52,564 nt of DNA from Craspedostauros australis (lineage: Eukaryota). A model generated the notes under the pieces. The model worked only from the letters and a program-made list of their open reading frames with translations. It searched no databases and was not told where the DNA came from. Shown here in pieces: positions 9,228-20,884 of this stretch. The DNA lies in contig JALAGF010002570.1 in NCBI GenBank assembly GCA_030167865.1, positions 1 through 52,564 of the forward strand, given 5' to 3'. The translations under genes and the position numbers were made by a program. The number at the start of each line of letters is the position of its first letter. The first letter of the stretch is position 1.

Positions 9228-12134
9228 ATGATTGCACTGTTCTCTTGGTTCTGCGTCGCCTCGCATCTTCTCTCTCTTTCGGGAGCTGATGCATGGTCAT
9301 GGACACAGACACAGGCAGGGGCACTCCATCGACGCGCGCCTGTTCCAACGCACGACCACCATGGCGATCAGCTGGTTCGTCACGGACACCAAGCCGCGTG
9401 GCTTCCGCGTCGGCAGCTTGCGGTGGACACTCGGATTTTCGCGACAAACAAGCGCCGGTGGCCCCAATCAAATCCATCACCGAAACGGCGACGACAACAA
9501 CGCCCCTCCACCAGTTCTGACGCCACCTTCCAAGATCATCCGGTTGTCACCAGCAGCACCGACGATGCCGATAGCCATGACTACACGTCAACAGTTCTGA
9601 AGAAGTACGGATACTCCAACCGTCTCATCACCGTCATCTCTCCGCGCGACCTGCCCATCCTGGCAGAGGTGTACTCCGTGGGCAAGTCGGAGGTCGTGTC
9701 CATCGTTGACATCCAGTTCTCCAAATCCAAGGATCCGCTCTTTGTCATCCAGGCCAGGTCGGATGAACGCCAATCCGCACGCAAAGCCAAACGTCAAACG
9801 ACCGTGGACGCTGGCCAGATCACGACACTGTGGTGGAACGGTGCCAACACAGCGTTTCCTGCCACGTCCAATGACAAGAACAACGGCAACGAACCAGATG
9901 CGACCAAGTTGCAGAAATACTACGACGAGCTGCCAGTGGGACACGTTGAAGAGTCGTTGGATTCCATGTACAAGAGTCTAGTTGGCAAGTCAAGATCGGC
10001 ATCTGCATCATTGACAAAGAAGCAGATCGTGAAACTTGCCAGCCAGGCGCCTGAGAACAGTGTGCGCACCGAGCTCATCCTGCGACAAGTCATCAAGTCT
10101 GGAGATGGCTTTGCGCGGCTTGTGGATTCCAGCGTGGTGACATCGTTTCTGTATCCGCAAAGCGATGCTTCCAATTCACCATCCGATCACCAATCGGTCA
10201 TGCGCCGATTCTTGTGCGCGGATGCGCTGGCGAAGGATGCCAAACAAGGAGGGCGGTTCAAACGAATGCCTTCCATGCTGGTGCATCATGATCATACGAG
10301 TTATGGAGTGGATGAGAGACCAAAAAACGACCCTGACTTGCATTATGACGACGACGACGACGAGGATGACGAAGAAGGCGAAGGCATTGTCACCATTGTC
10401 AACGGAGGTTGGCTGGTACAAGATCAGAGCGTCAGAGCCAACCAAGAGGCGCAGAAGTTCACGGAACGCAAATCCGCAACGCCATCCACTGCGGCAGACC
10501 AACGCATCATCCAGCGATTGGAATGTCTGGCGATGGGTCAGGCGGTGTCACTCAACGATAAGCAGTCCATCGAGCTCGACGTGCGCACGACCCTCAGCAA
10601 CATGGATCTGCCGTTGACGTCGGATGGTGCTCGTTCTGCCTTAATCGACATCGGGAGATGGCAAGCCGGCGATGATCGCAATGACGTCAATCCATGGTCG
10701 GTCGATACTCTGGATGCCGCACGCTGGTATCAGGACTACGATACCCAAAGGCGTCAGGACATGGTGGAGGCCATCCGGAGCAAGAATCAGCAACAGAAGA
10801 AGCAGAAGCAAACGCAGAAGAAGCCTCCCCCGAAGCTGACGCTGCAACAGGAGCAGCAGCTACGACGTCGGCTGGAGGGTAGATCGGACCTCACGCGCTG
10901 GCCTTCCGTGTGCGTGGATGCAGAGCGCACGTCCTTCCGCGATGATGCCATTGGGCTGAGACCGAGAGCCAAAACGGGCCGGAAGGTTGTTGGATCTAAC
11001 AAGTGGGAACTGCTTCTGCACATTGCGGACGTCTCGGACATTTACTGTACCAAGTCGTTCCTGCGTAGTGAGGTTGCAGAGAGCGAGGGCTATTTGCAGA
11101 CGTTGCAGGGTGCCGCCGAAAGCAGAGGGTCCAGCCGGTATGATCTGCCGTTGGGGCCGTTGCACCTGATGCCCCCGACGGTGCTGCGATCGCTCGCCTT
11201 CCAAACCTTCTCCGCTGATCCATCGCAACAATCCAAACAAACAGATGCCACTACCAACCGTTGCGTGACGCTGTGGGTCTACCTGGAGGAAGAGACGGGA
11301 AAGGCCTTAGACGCCGGTGTGGAACGATCCATCATCTCCCGTCCCTTGGCGCTCTCCTTCCAAACTGCGACGTCGCTGCTCGATGGCTCTCTGGAACCAG
11401 AAAACGAGATTCTCTCAAGGGGGCAATCCTTGCTCTCCATCGCAGACAAGCTGCTGCAATCCTGGAAGGACGATCGCTTGAAGACCAGCAAGGATGCCCA
11501 AAGCCGCGACGACCGATTGACGGCACGAGAGAACGTCTCCAAGCAGATGCGATCGTCGAACAGACGAGATGATGGGAAAGACGGATTCCAACGCACGCGT
11601 GGTCACTTGCTGGTCAACAACGCTCTGGAACTGTACAGCCACGGTACGACGTCGTTGTTGCGCCGACGCAAGATCGCCATGCCGCGCGTGGCCGGTACGG
11701 AGCAAGGGCGCGCGGCAACGGCTCCGTTGCGTCGATACATTGATGGTATGATGCAGCGCCAGGTGCTGTCTGGGCTGTGCGGGTACGGTGGCGCTGTATT
11801 GACGCGAGACGAATGCGTGGAGGTTGGCAAGAAGGCGACGGAGACATTGAATGCGATGAACAACGTGCAGTCCGTCAAAGGCAATGCTCGCGGCATCACG
11901 AAGCAGCAACGGGAGGCCATCCGAACATTGCGGACCCAGATGACTGGTCGCAGCGGTCCGATACCTGCAAGTGGAACAGGTCGACAAGGCGAGGTGGTGA
12001 TTGACGGCGTTGGAGCCATCGCCTCGTGTCGTGGACTGCAGGAGCCATTGCGTGCCGGAGAACAGATCATGGTGAAGATTCGGAAGATCGATGAGGAGCT
12101 TGGCACCGTCTCCGTGATTTATCATGACTCGTAG
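9228..12134 (+). CDS. RNB-domain exoribonuclease (RNase II/R family), probably plastid-targeted
   Basis: ATG 9228 with signal peptide ending ADA-W. Motifs VCVDAERTSFRDDAIG, LHIADVS, SRYDLP..LHLMP, ATAPLRRYIDGMMQRQV, and an S1-like C-terminus. Confidence 0.85.
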   Translation: MIALFSWFCVASHLLSLSGADAWSWTQTQAGALHRRAPVPTHDHHGDQLVRHGHQAAWLPRRQLAVDTRIFATNKRRWPQSNPSPKRRRQQRPSTSSDATFQDHPVVTSSTDDADSHDYTSTVLKKYGYSNRLITVISPRDLPILAEVYSVGKSEVVSIVDIQFSKSKDPLFVIQARSDERQSARKAKRQTTVDAGQITTLWWNGANTAFPATSNDKNNGNEPDATKLQKYYDELPVGHVEESLDSMYKSLVGKSRSASASLTKKQIVKLASQAPENSVRTELILRQVIKSGDGFARLVDSSVVTSFLYPQSDASNSPSDHQSVMRRFLCADALAKDAKQGGRFKRMPSMLVHHDHTSYGVDERPKNDPDLHYDDDDDEDDEEGEGIVTIVNGGWLVQDQSVRANQEAQKFTERKSATPSTAADQRIIQRLECLAMGQAVSLNDKQSIELDVRTTLSNMDLPLTSDGARSALIDIGRWQAGDDRNDVNPWSVDTLDAARWYQDYDTQRRQDMVEAIRSKNQQQKKQKQTQKKPPPKLTLQQEQQLRRRLEGRSDLTRWPSVCVDAERTSFRDDAIGLRPRAKTGRKVVGSNKWELLLHIADVSDIYCTKSFLRSEVAESEGYLQTLQGAAESRGSSRYDLPLGPLHLMPPTVLRSLAFQTFSADPSQQSKQTDATTNRCVTLWVYLEEETGKALDAGVERSIISRPLALSFQTATSLLDGSLEPENEILSRGQSLLSIADKLLQSWKDDRLKTSKDAQSRDDRLTARENVSKQMRSSNRRDDGKDGFQRTRGHLLVNNALELYSHGTTSLLRRRKIAMPRVAGTEQGRAATAPLRRYIDGMMQRQVLSGLCGYGGAVLTRDECVEVGKKATETLNAMNNVQSVKGNARGITKQQREAIRTLRTQMTGRSGPIPASGTGRQGEVVIDGVGAIASCRGLQEPLRAGEQIMVKIRKIDEELGTVSVIYHDS

Positions 12135-12463
12135 GAATATGTAGTACTCACGGTTAGTGAGATTGAAAGTGGATACTGTATTCTGCTCTCGCCTTTTTTA
12201 CGCTTGAATATATTTGTACATTGTCCTGATTCCATACGGATACGGCATCGTGTGGATCGCCTTGCATCCTCTATGGTATCATACTATCTCTCCCTTGGAT
12301 ATAATAGAATGCTGTCGAATATCTGTGCTCCATCATAGTCGTCGATCTCTACGAGCTACGCTACTCGTACTCGTACGAGTGTGACAAGTCGGATTTCTAA
12401 TTGGCAGAAGGCCCTGCTACCGTCTCTATGACGCCACACACCATCGCATGGCAAGCCATGACT

Positions 12464-13315
12464 CTACAAATCCTCCTTCACACCAGCCGGCTGCTCCGCG
12501 AATAGTTTTGCATCGACGAACTCAGCCAATCGCTGCACTTCCGCAGGATGCGAGGAATGGCCCACGGGATACGACTGATCCTCCACGTCTTCCACACCCG
12601 CTTCGCGCAGCTTCTCCACGCCGAATTTTTGCTGCGGGAACAGCACCTTGTCATCGTGCTGACCATGCCCCCAGAAGAGCGGCGTGGCCTTGGCGGTCGC
12701 CGACAGGTCCTTCAACTCTGATGGCAACGTAAGCCAACCGCTCAAGCAGACGCAGCCAGCGTAGGCTCTGGTGTTCCTGCCATAAACGGCCAACAAGGAT
12801 GCCGCAGCCCCCTGCGAGAATCCTCCCACGACGATGCGCGACGCAGGGATGCCTTTGCCTTCCAGCTTGGCGACCTCGGCCTCGATCTGCGCCACCGATC
12901 GATCCAGACCGACGGGATCGTCCTTGGAACCCACGGCGATGGGCCAATCGAACACATCGAACCAGCCGGTCATCGTCATGCCGCCGTTGATGGTGATGGG
13001 GATGGTCGGTGCGGCAGGGAAGACGTATTCGATGTCGGCCAGCCGGGATTGCAGCGACGGCAAGGAGGTTTGGAGGGAGGACCATCCTGCAGGAGAGTCG
13101 CCGAGCCCATGCAGGAAGATGAGCGCACCGCGCTTTGTAGATGCTGTGGACATGGCGTGAGCGAAGATGCCTGTTGGCTTTGTGGCTGTTGTGATGCTTG
13201 TGATGTCCGTGGAGATGATGGAGACGAGTGAGAGCAACAGCAGGGAAGACGTCGCTTTGGATCTGGGGAGGAGCAGCAGCAGCAAGGATGACAGTGCAAG
13301 GAGGGAAGCAGTCAT
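12464..13315 (-). CDS. Acyl-protein thioesterase / lysophospholipase-carboxylesterase (APT1-like alpha/beta hydrolase)
   Basis: LIFLHGLGDS, PITINGGMTMTGWFD, nucleophile GGFSQG, HGQHDDKV (Asp), GHSS (His). Start is either ATG 13315 (hydrophobic leader) or 13153 (MSTAS). Confidence 0.92.
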   Translation of the reverse strand: MTASLLALSSLLLLLLPRSKATSSLLLLSLVSIISTDITSITTATKPTGIFAHAMSTASTKRGALIFLHGLGDSPAGWSSLQTSLPSLQSRLADIEYVFPAAPTIPITINGGMTMTGWFDVFDWPIAVGSKDDPVGLDRSVAQIEAEVAKLEGKGIPASRIVVGGFSQGAAASLLAVYGRNTRAYAGCVCLSGWLTLPSELKDLSATAKATPLFWGHGQHDDKVLFPQQKFGVEKLREAGVEDVEDQSYPVGHSSHPAEVQRLAEFVDAKLFAEQPAGVKEDL

Positions 13316-13766
13316 GAGCCCGAACGTGAGACTGGGGACGGGAGCTTCTGTTGGATGTATAGGTCGCAATAGATCGTAGTTTGTGCTGTGTGGATGCCTT
13401 GGCACTTCGTTGTTGTGTTGATCTCTGGCGCTCTGCAGTTGTGAGCGATGCCGCAGAAGCTGATTTGATGCTGAATCGATGGATGCCTTCATGGTGTTGG
13501 TGCTCGCGCCCTCGTATCTCCAGGAGAAAGATACAATCGGGATGGCTGGACACGAACAACGAGCTGATCAAATCACACATCATCGGCGATGCTACGACAT
13601 CTGACTAGAGAGACTGGGCATGGTTCTGTCCACGCTTGATAGCGGTAAATCAATGATTGTCGTCCTGACCGTAGCTAGTTACAGTTTGCGTACTTCTATC
13701 ACATGGTATAATACTTGCTCTTTTAGCATCTCAAATTCGTTGCTGTTGGTGTTGATCCCTCAGCTC

Positions 13767-16016
13767 TCAGACTTCTTCCGGCTCGATTGGATGGTAGTGG
13801 AATGCGCTCTGATCGTGAGAGATGGCAGTGTCGTCGACAAGATCGTCGGTTTTGGTTTTGGGAGTGAGTGAGCAAAATCATGGTTGAGTACAATAGCATG
13901 CGATGATGGATGGGGATGGGTGCGTGCATGAATGAGTGAGCGATCGTTGCATACTTCGTAAGTCGAGGTTGCGATCAAACACGAAGGCTCATCGCAAGCA
14001 GAGGTGTTCTGTTTATAGCCAACTTGCACACAGGCGTGCACCCTTACTCGTACGTACCTTTGAACCGATTGTGTTGCTTCTTTGTCTCTGCAGCCAAGGA
14101 TCGCCTTCGTTACCATCGCTGTTGATGTTTTGACTATGATGGCTGCCGCTATTGCTGGCAAGATCATCTTGTCCATCGATGCTGTTGCCATCGTCGTCCT
14201 GATCGTTGCTCGTGAAGACCAATGATCTGGCGGTTGCATCCTGACAGTCGTCGTTGGAATGATTCTGACGCACCAAGATGAGCACGCCGACCATCAGCAC
14301 GAGCAACCCCGTTGGATACATGACGTAGTTGATGATGCCATCCAGCCCCCGTATCGTGTGATAATGGATCGAGCTCATGATGGATGCGGAGACGACGAAG
14401 GAACCGACGAACATGGCGGCCGAGAATGTGGCATCGTACCGTTTCATACACTGGTTCAGAAGGAGGAGTCCGCCGAACGCGGTGGCAACGGCAAGCAAGA
14501 GGAACAAAGCGAAGAACCAAGGCAACGTGTCGATCTGTCCGCTGGTTTTGAGATGCAGTATCGTCAGCGCGTCTTTCAAAAAGTTCTGGAATCCTGTGAT
14601 GGCGCCACCCGCTGTACCCCAGGCGACTGACGATGAAATAATGGAATGGGAGTTGATGGTTGTTCAGTTTGGACGCATTGCAGTTGTGTATGATTGGAGG
14701 AGGTAAAATGAAAGGAATGTGAGAAGTGTGCAGAGGAATATTTGGTGTGAAACGTACAGTCATGGCATGTGCAGCTGTGTCTTTACTCCGCAGGAGTCAG
14801 CGGATTGTCGAGTTGCAGGATATGAAGTGATGGGTGCATGTAGGTCTGGTATATGCGCGCAAACTCGCAGGCTTCTGCTGATGCGTCAATACGGATACAG
14901 AAGCTTTCATCTTTCTCCTTACATTTTCGCAGGACGGTGCTGGACGACGAGGTGGCCCAATATGCCATAAGCAGCATGTACAATGTAGTAGCAACACAGT
15001 ATGCCAGAAAGTTGGCATCGAGATACTGCGCCCTCTGCATGAGTTCGAGTTCGAGTGTGATCGTGAACATGTGAGTGTGGTTGTGATGGAGATTGCGACG
15101 GATAATGAATGTGAAGAAGACGATGAGTGTGAGCTTGGCGTGTTGGAGTAGTGCGCAATGACACGAAGTAGTGCACATGGCCTACAATCCTCTGACAAAC
15201 GACATCATGACGTACCAATTCATGGAGTGTGACATCCTCGTTGTTGGTGTGATCGCCAAAGATGGCAACGACAACTTCTCCCAGAACGATGAGAGATGCT
15301 GCGACGATTTGCGTAGTGGAAGGCGATTCACCGATGGTGGGATACGAGAAGAGGATGACCCAAACCAGAGTGAGGCCGGAGAACGGTGCAAGTATTGACG
15401 GCGAGGCATACTGCATGGCCAACACGCTGCATGCTGGATTGAGAAAGCTCATCCCGATCATGCCGGAGTATGATAAGAACGAGGAAATTCGACGGGTCCT
15501 CCTCTCCTTCCGCGCCTGTTCTTCTTGCTGCTGATGTGATTCTTCTTGTGCTTGACTTGCTGGCTGCTCACTATCATCGTTGCCATCGTCATCATCGTCA
15601 TTATCCTCATCATCAGGATGCATTTGGTGAGTGTCTGGAGGAACGAGCAGCTTATCTTCATTCCCTTCTTCGTCCGCAGCAGAGACACTGATGGAAAGCG
15701 TCTGCGTGGACATGGAGGAAGACTTGATGCCAAAGACAGGCGCTGATGACACCGCATGTTCTCCGTCATCTTCGTCAGCTGTTGTGAAGCGATTCCTCCT
15801 GCCACCGCTATCACCACCACTGCTACCACTATCACTGGCAATGTTGCCATTCTGGTGCCCTCCGTTGTGACCGCCTGCAGCGCCACCACCATTCAAGTCC
15901 CGAAGCAGGAGCCACGACTGTCGAAGGGCGAGCTTGGAGGCTGCTCCGATGAGGGATGCCATCACCGAAAGGACGATCCCCTTCATCCAATCGGACGCCG
16001 AGACGATGTCGCTCAT
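13767..16016 (-). CDS. NIPA-like (DUF803/DMT superfamily) magnesium transporter, spliced
   Basis: Exons 16016-15216, 15034-14923, 14626-14058 and probably 13808-13767 (alternatively exon 3 reads through to the stop at 14013). All introns are GT-AG and in phase. Motifs YASPSILAPFSGLTLVW, GAITGFQNFLKD, LNQCMKRYDAT, with multiple TM helices. Confidence 0.82.
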
Positions 16017-17006
16017 GCTGGGTTCTGTATGGCACTTCCTTATCTTCCGATTCCTTTCGTTCCCGTCTCCTTTCCTTGTTGAATGCAGGCCCCTTTATTT
16101 GGTTGTTTGATCCCTCTCGATGAATGAATCCAACACCAAATGAGCGGGCAGCAACAACTGCGAATTCCAGTCTGATGCGCAGTTGTCAACGCCCACAGTG
16201 ATGACGACGGCGACGCTGCGCAAAGGAACTCTTGGTGGATGGAAGTGGAGTTTGACGCGGGTGGGTGAACCTTGATGAATCGTCAAGATCGACCGAATGC
16301 TCTCGTGTCGATGATGCTTTGTCGACGATGCTTTGCTTGGGTTGTCAGGATGTGTGTTTGTGATTGTGAGCAACTCGTGCAGAGACGCGACCTTGGTGGA
16401 GGCAGTTGCATGGCTTCGTGTTTCTTTGTTGGTCGTCTCCTTTTTGTCGCACGAATCAGCCACCACGGCCATCTTCCTCGATGTTGTCACGGTTGTTGTG
16501 GCTTCGGCGTTCGCCACAAACGAGAGAGAATCTCGGAGTTCAAACCGGGATTTACTTTGATTCGTGGACACATCGCGAAGGAATTGACGTTATCAACCGT
16601 TATTCTCGAATTTCAGTCGTTGGGATCGCGCTCAACACAATCCAACCACTTGTTCTCTTCGAAATTCGAAAAGTGCGAAAACACACAACACAGTTTCCAA
16701 ACGCAAACTGATTGACGCACGACGCAATCGCGATCGAGGTGTTGCCATCACTGTGATTGTCGTTGTCGTGGGGATGCCAGCGTTGCCGTCTCATCAGCTC
16801 ACCAACCTCATTTTTGGAGACAAGGCAAGCCAAGAGCATCGGAACTTCACACTTCGGACGTTGCACGAATCGCTCACTGCACATCCCCAGACAATTCGAA
16901 CGACGTACAAATACAGCAGAGCAGAGTCGAGCCTTCGCATGTTCCTTCGCAGCCACCGCCCACCCCCAAGACCAAGCAACTGAGCGACAAGACGCCCACA
17001 GCAATC

Positions 17007-17705
17007 ATGGACGAAATGAACGACGCGCAGCCATCGATGATGGCGCAGCAACCGATGATGGCAACAGGAACACCTGGTGCCGAAACGCCAGGCCCCGTCA
17101 CGGGCGACGTGCTGGGCTTGGTAGTGCCCGGCGGCGTCGTGCGCACCGACTTCCGTCCCGCCGATGCGTCCGGCACCAAATTGGCGCTGCAGCTGCAGAG
17201 TCCTGGCGATCTGCCGTCGCCCTTGCTGCGTGTCAACGAGCTGGTGTGCTTCGTGCTGCCTACGGCGTCGATACCGCCCAATCATGGCGTCCTCATCTAC
17301 TGGCAGCTCACCGCCGTGGAGACGAACCAGACCAGCGGATTCGAATTGCTGGGCGCTCTGACTCCCGAACAACCATCGGCGATCTTCCGACCCGGTTGGG
17401 GCGAGCACGACCAGTTCATCAGCCTCGGCGATCGTCCGGCCAGCATCACGTTCGGTGTGTCCATCGAGCCCATGGAGAGCGTCAAGAATCTGTCAGCGGC
17501 CACGACGCAGGCAACGGCCGCCAAGAGGCCGATGGTGGCGCAGAAGATCGCCAAGGACCTCTTCAACTTCATGCAATCATTCGACACGGGGGCCGGCGGC
17601 AGCAGCCAGATGGTGGTGCCGACCAACATCTTCGACCGGTGGTGGAAACGATTCGAGAATAAGTCACAGCGGGATCCCAACTTCTTCCTCAAGGGTGACG
17701 AATGA
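17007..17705 (+). CDS. HIKESHI: Hikeshi/Opi10 (DUF775) family, nuclear import carrier for Hsp70
   Basis: LGLVVPG..VRTDF, FELLGAL...PSAIFR, GVSIEP, and the C-terminal AQKIAKDLFNFMQSF...VPTNIFDRWWKRFENK...DPNFF signature. 232 aa. Confidence 0.9.
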   Translation: MDEMNDAQPSMMAQQPMMATGTPGAETPGPVTGDVLGLVVPGGVVRTDFRPADASGTKLALQLQSPGDLPSPLLRVNELVCFVLPTASIPPNHGVLIYWQLTAVETNQTSGFELLGALTPEQPSAIFRPGWGEHDQFISLGDRPASITFGVSIEPMESVKNLSAATTQATAAKRPMVAQKIAKDLFNFMQSFDTGAGGSSQMVVPTNIFDRWWKRFENKSQRDPNFFLKGDE

Positions 17706-18725
17706 GGTGTGTGCGATGCTGCTGGGGGGGGGGCTATGGTGTGCGGTGCCTTCGAGGCGACGTAGATAAGCGGCAGACACTGTCACCGACTGACGGCGAG
17801 CAGAGCTTGTGAAACATGAACAAAATTAGGACAAGCCATGACAGTACAATATTGATGGAGAGAACACTCCACTTCGATGTCGTTTTTTGTGGTATCAAAC
17901 AATGTGTCCTCCACAACACTTCTGATACTCGGACGATGAGTACGTAGCATGATTGACTGCCGTCCCAGTGAAAGCTTGCAACCAGAATAGCGTCGAGCAG
18001 CGTAGGTCTGCTTTTTTCAAAGCTGCATTTGTCTTCAGCGATATCGTCTTGACCGTTCGAAACGACCGTACAGTTCCGACCGTAAGGTTGCAACAGTTAT
18101 TATAAGGCAAAAGTAAAGTCTGACCGACCTCCGTCTTTCGTTGACGATGACTGCACAAAGATACCTTTTCGAAGCAAAATGGGACACAGGGAAGAGGGAA
18201 CGGCGAACACAAGAAAACAAGACCTCCTCTTCGGACCGCGCAGAAATGAATGGAGTAGATGAACAAAGAGAGAGAGAGAGACGAATGCAATGGAGCGTAC
18301 TCTCTGGTACTCCAGCAGAGAGTTCGATGATGATGAATAAACGTACGCGTGAGGGGCAAGAAGCAACAACGTTGTGGGCTCAAGAGTTATGCTATTAGAA
18401 TTCTTCGGTCAAATGGTTGAATGCCACCGTTGTGTTGGATTCGGTCTCCTCTGTTGACATCTACGCCCAAGCAGTTCAGCCTTTCTGGTCGTGTGAGTGT
18501 GCAACAAGAGCGATTCCCTCCATTTTGTGAATGACAGTACTGATGAGACGCTTTTGTGCTTGTTTGTGTATGTTGTTGGTTGGCTATCCTAATTCGGTTA
18601 TCAATCCGTGAGGAGCAAGTTATCTGGCTGTTGCTGTGCTTAAGCCTGTTCCCGCTCTGTGGACATCAAAGCCACTCCGCGCCACAGGTGCGCAGAGCGT
18701 TGGAGGGGAGCGCGGGAGTTGCCGC

Positions 18726-19176
18726 TTAGTCGATCTCCTCGATGGTTGGTCCGCCAGCTGGGTCAGCGGCTGGTGGGGCACCTCCGGCGCCGCCCATGTC
18801 TGGCATTGGGCCGCCTGGCATGCCTCCTGGCATACCTCCGGCTCCACCGGCCATGGACTGGAGGATTGGCATGGCGACAGACTCGAGGCTCTTCTGCTTC
18901 TCTTCGTACTCCTCCTTCTCGGCGGTTGGGTTGGCATCCAACCAGGAGATGGTCTCTTCGATCTTGGACTCGAGCTTGGTCTTGTCGTCGGCTGGGATCT
19001 TGTCCTTGACCTCGTCGGAGGAGATGGATCCCTTGAGGGAGTAGCAGTAGTTCTCGAGGGCGTTCTTGGCCTCGATACGCACGCGGTTGGCATCATCCTC
19101 GGCCTTGTACTTCTCGGCGTCGTTGACCATGCGCTCGATCTCGTCCTGCGAGAGACGGCCCTTGTCGTTCTTGATG

Positions 19177-19208
<32 letters not shown>

Positions 19209-19302
19209 GAGGGCGCTGACGTTGAGGATACCGTTGGCATCAATGTCGAAGCACACATCGATCTGTGGCTGTCCACGTGGCATTGGTGGGATGCCGTCGA
19301 GG

Positions 19303-19340
<38 letters not shown>

Positions 19341-19383
19341 GCGCTCTCCCTCGAAGACCTGGATGAGGACGCCTGGCTGGTTG

Positions 19384-19418
<35 letters not shown>

Positions 19419-20241
19419 TGGCACGGTGGTGTTGCGCTTGATGAGGGTGGTCATGACACCTCCGGCGGTCTCGAGACCCTGCGAGAGCGGGGTGACATCG
19501 AGGAGGAGGAGGTCGGTGAGCTTCTCGGACTTGTCGGCTCCGGAGAGGATGGCGGCCTGGACGGTGGCACCGTAGGCGACGGCCTCGTCTGGGTTGATGG
19601 ACTTGCATGGCTCCTGTCCGTTGAAGAACTCGGAGAGCAGGGACTGGATCTTTGGGATGCGGGTGGAACCTCCGACGAGCACGACCTCGTCGACCTGGCT
19701 CTTGGCGATCTTGGCGTCGCGGAGGACCTTCTCGCATGGCTCCATGCACTTGCGGAAGTAGTCCATGCACAGATCCTCGAAACGGGCACGGGTGATGGTG
19801 GAGTTGAAGTCGATACCGTCGAAGAGGGAGTCGATCTCAATGTGGGCCTGTGTGGAGGAGGAGAGGGTGCGCTTGGCACGCTCGCAGGCGGTACGCAGAC
19901 GGCGCAGGGAGCGGTTGTTGCCGCTCATGTCCTTGCGGTGGCGACGCTTGAAGTCCTGGAGGAAGTAGTCGACCATGCGGTTGTCGAAATCCTCTCCACC
20001 CAAGTGGGTGTCTCCGGCGGTGGCCTTGACCTCGAAGATTCCCTCCTCGATGGTGAGGAGGGAGACATCGAAGGTGCCACCTCCGAGATCGAAGATGAGG
20101 ACGTTCTTCTCGTCACCCTTCTGGTCGAGACCGTAGGCGATGGCGGCGGCGGTTGGCTCGTTGATGATGCGGAGGACGTTGAGTCCGGAGATGGCACCGG
20201 CATCCTTGGTGGCCTGGCGCTGGGAGTCGTTGAAGTAGGCT

Positions 20242-20282
<41 letters not shown>

Positions 20283-20690
20283 GGCCTCGGCGATGTCCTT
20301 CATCTTTCCGAGGACCATGGAGGAGATCTCCTCGGCCTTGAAGGACTTCTCCTCGCCCTTGTAGTCGACCTGGATGATTGGGGTTCCTCCGGTTCCGGAC
20401 ACGACCTTGAATGGCCAGTGCTTCATGTCGGCCTGGACACCTGGGTCGGTGAACTTGCGGCCGATGAGACGCTTGGCGTCGAAGACGGTGTTGGTGGCGT
20501 TCATGGCGGCCTGGGACTTGGCGGCATCACCGATGAGACGCTCGGTCTCGGTGAAGGCGACGTACGATGGGGTGGTGCGGTTACCTTGGTCGTTGGCGAT
20601 GATCTCGACGCGGTCATTCTGCCACACACCCACGCAAGAGTAGGTGGTTCCCAAGTCGATTCCGACGGATTCTCCTGTGACGTTAGCCAT
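18726..20690 (-). CDS. HSP70: Cytosolic heat shock protein 70
   Basis: ATG 20690 ([18 protein letters not shown]). [31 protein letters not shown] repeats, C-terminal GPTIEEID. Intronless with strong codon bias. Confidence 0.99.
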
Positions 20691-20847
20691 CTTGATTTGT
20701 TGCTTGTTTGTTGTTTGTTTGTGGTTGGTTTGCTTGTTGCTGATTGCGTTGCGTTTGGATTTGCTGTGAAACAAATTTTATGGGCTGAGGGAGAGATGAT
20801 CGAGAAATTGGGATGGTGGTCGTTGGATCGTCGTTGTCATTGTTCTT

Positions 20848-20884
20848 GTTGCCCAAGTTGCCGCAGTTGCCGCAGTTGCCGCAG
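20848..20884 (-). repeat. 9-bp-period tandem repeat (GGCAAC core, 4 copies) upstream of HSP70
   Basis: GTTGCC on the + strand at 20848, 20857, 20866 and 20875. Confidence 0.8.

Noticed and set aside
16757-17662. 301-aa alternative-frame ORF overlapping Hikeshi, and 2036-3115 overlapping the methyltransferase
   Set aside because: Arg/Ser-rich off-frame translations of genuine genes.
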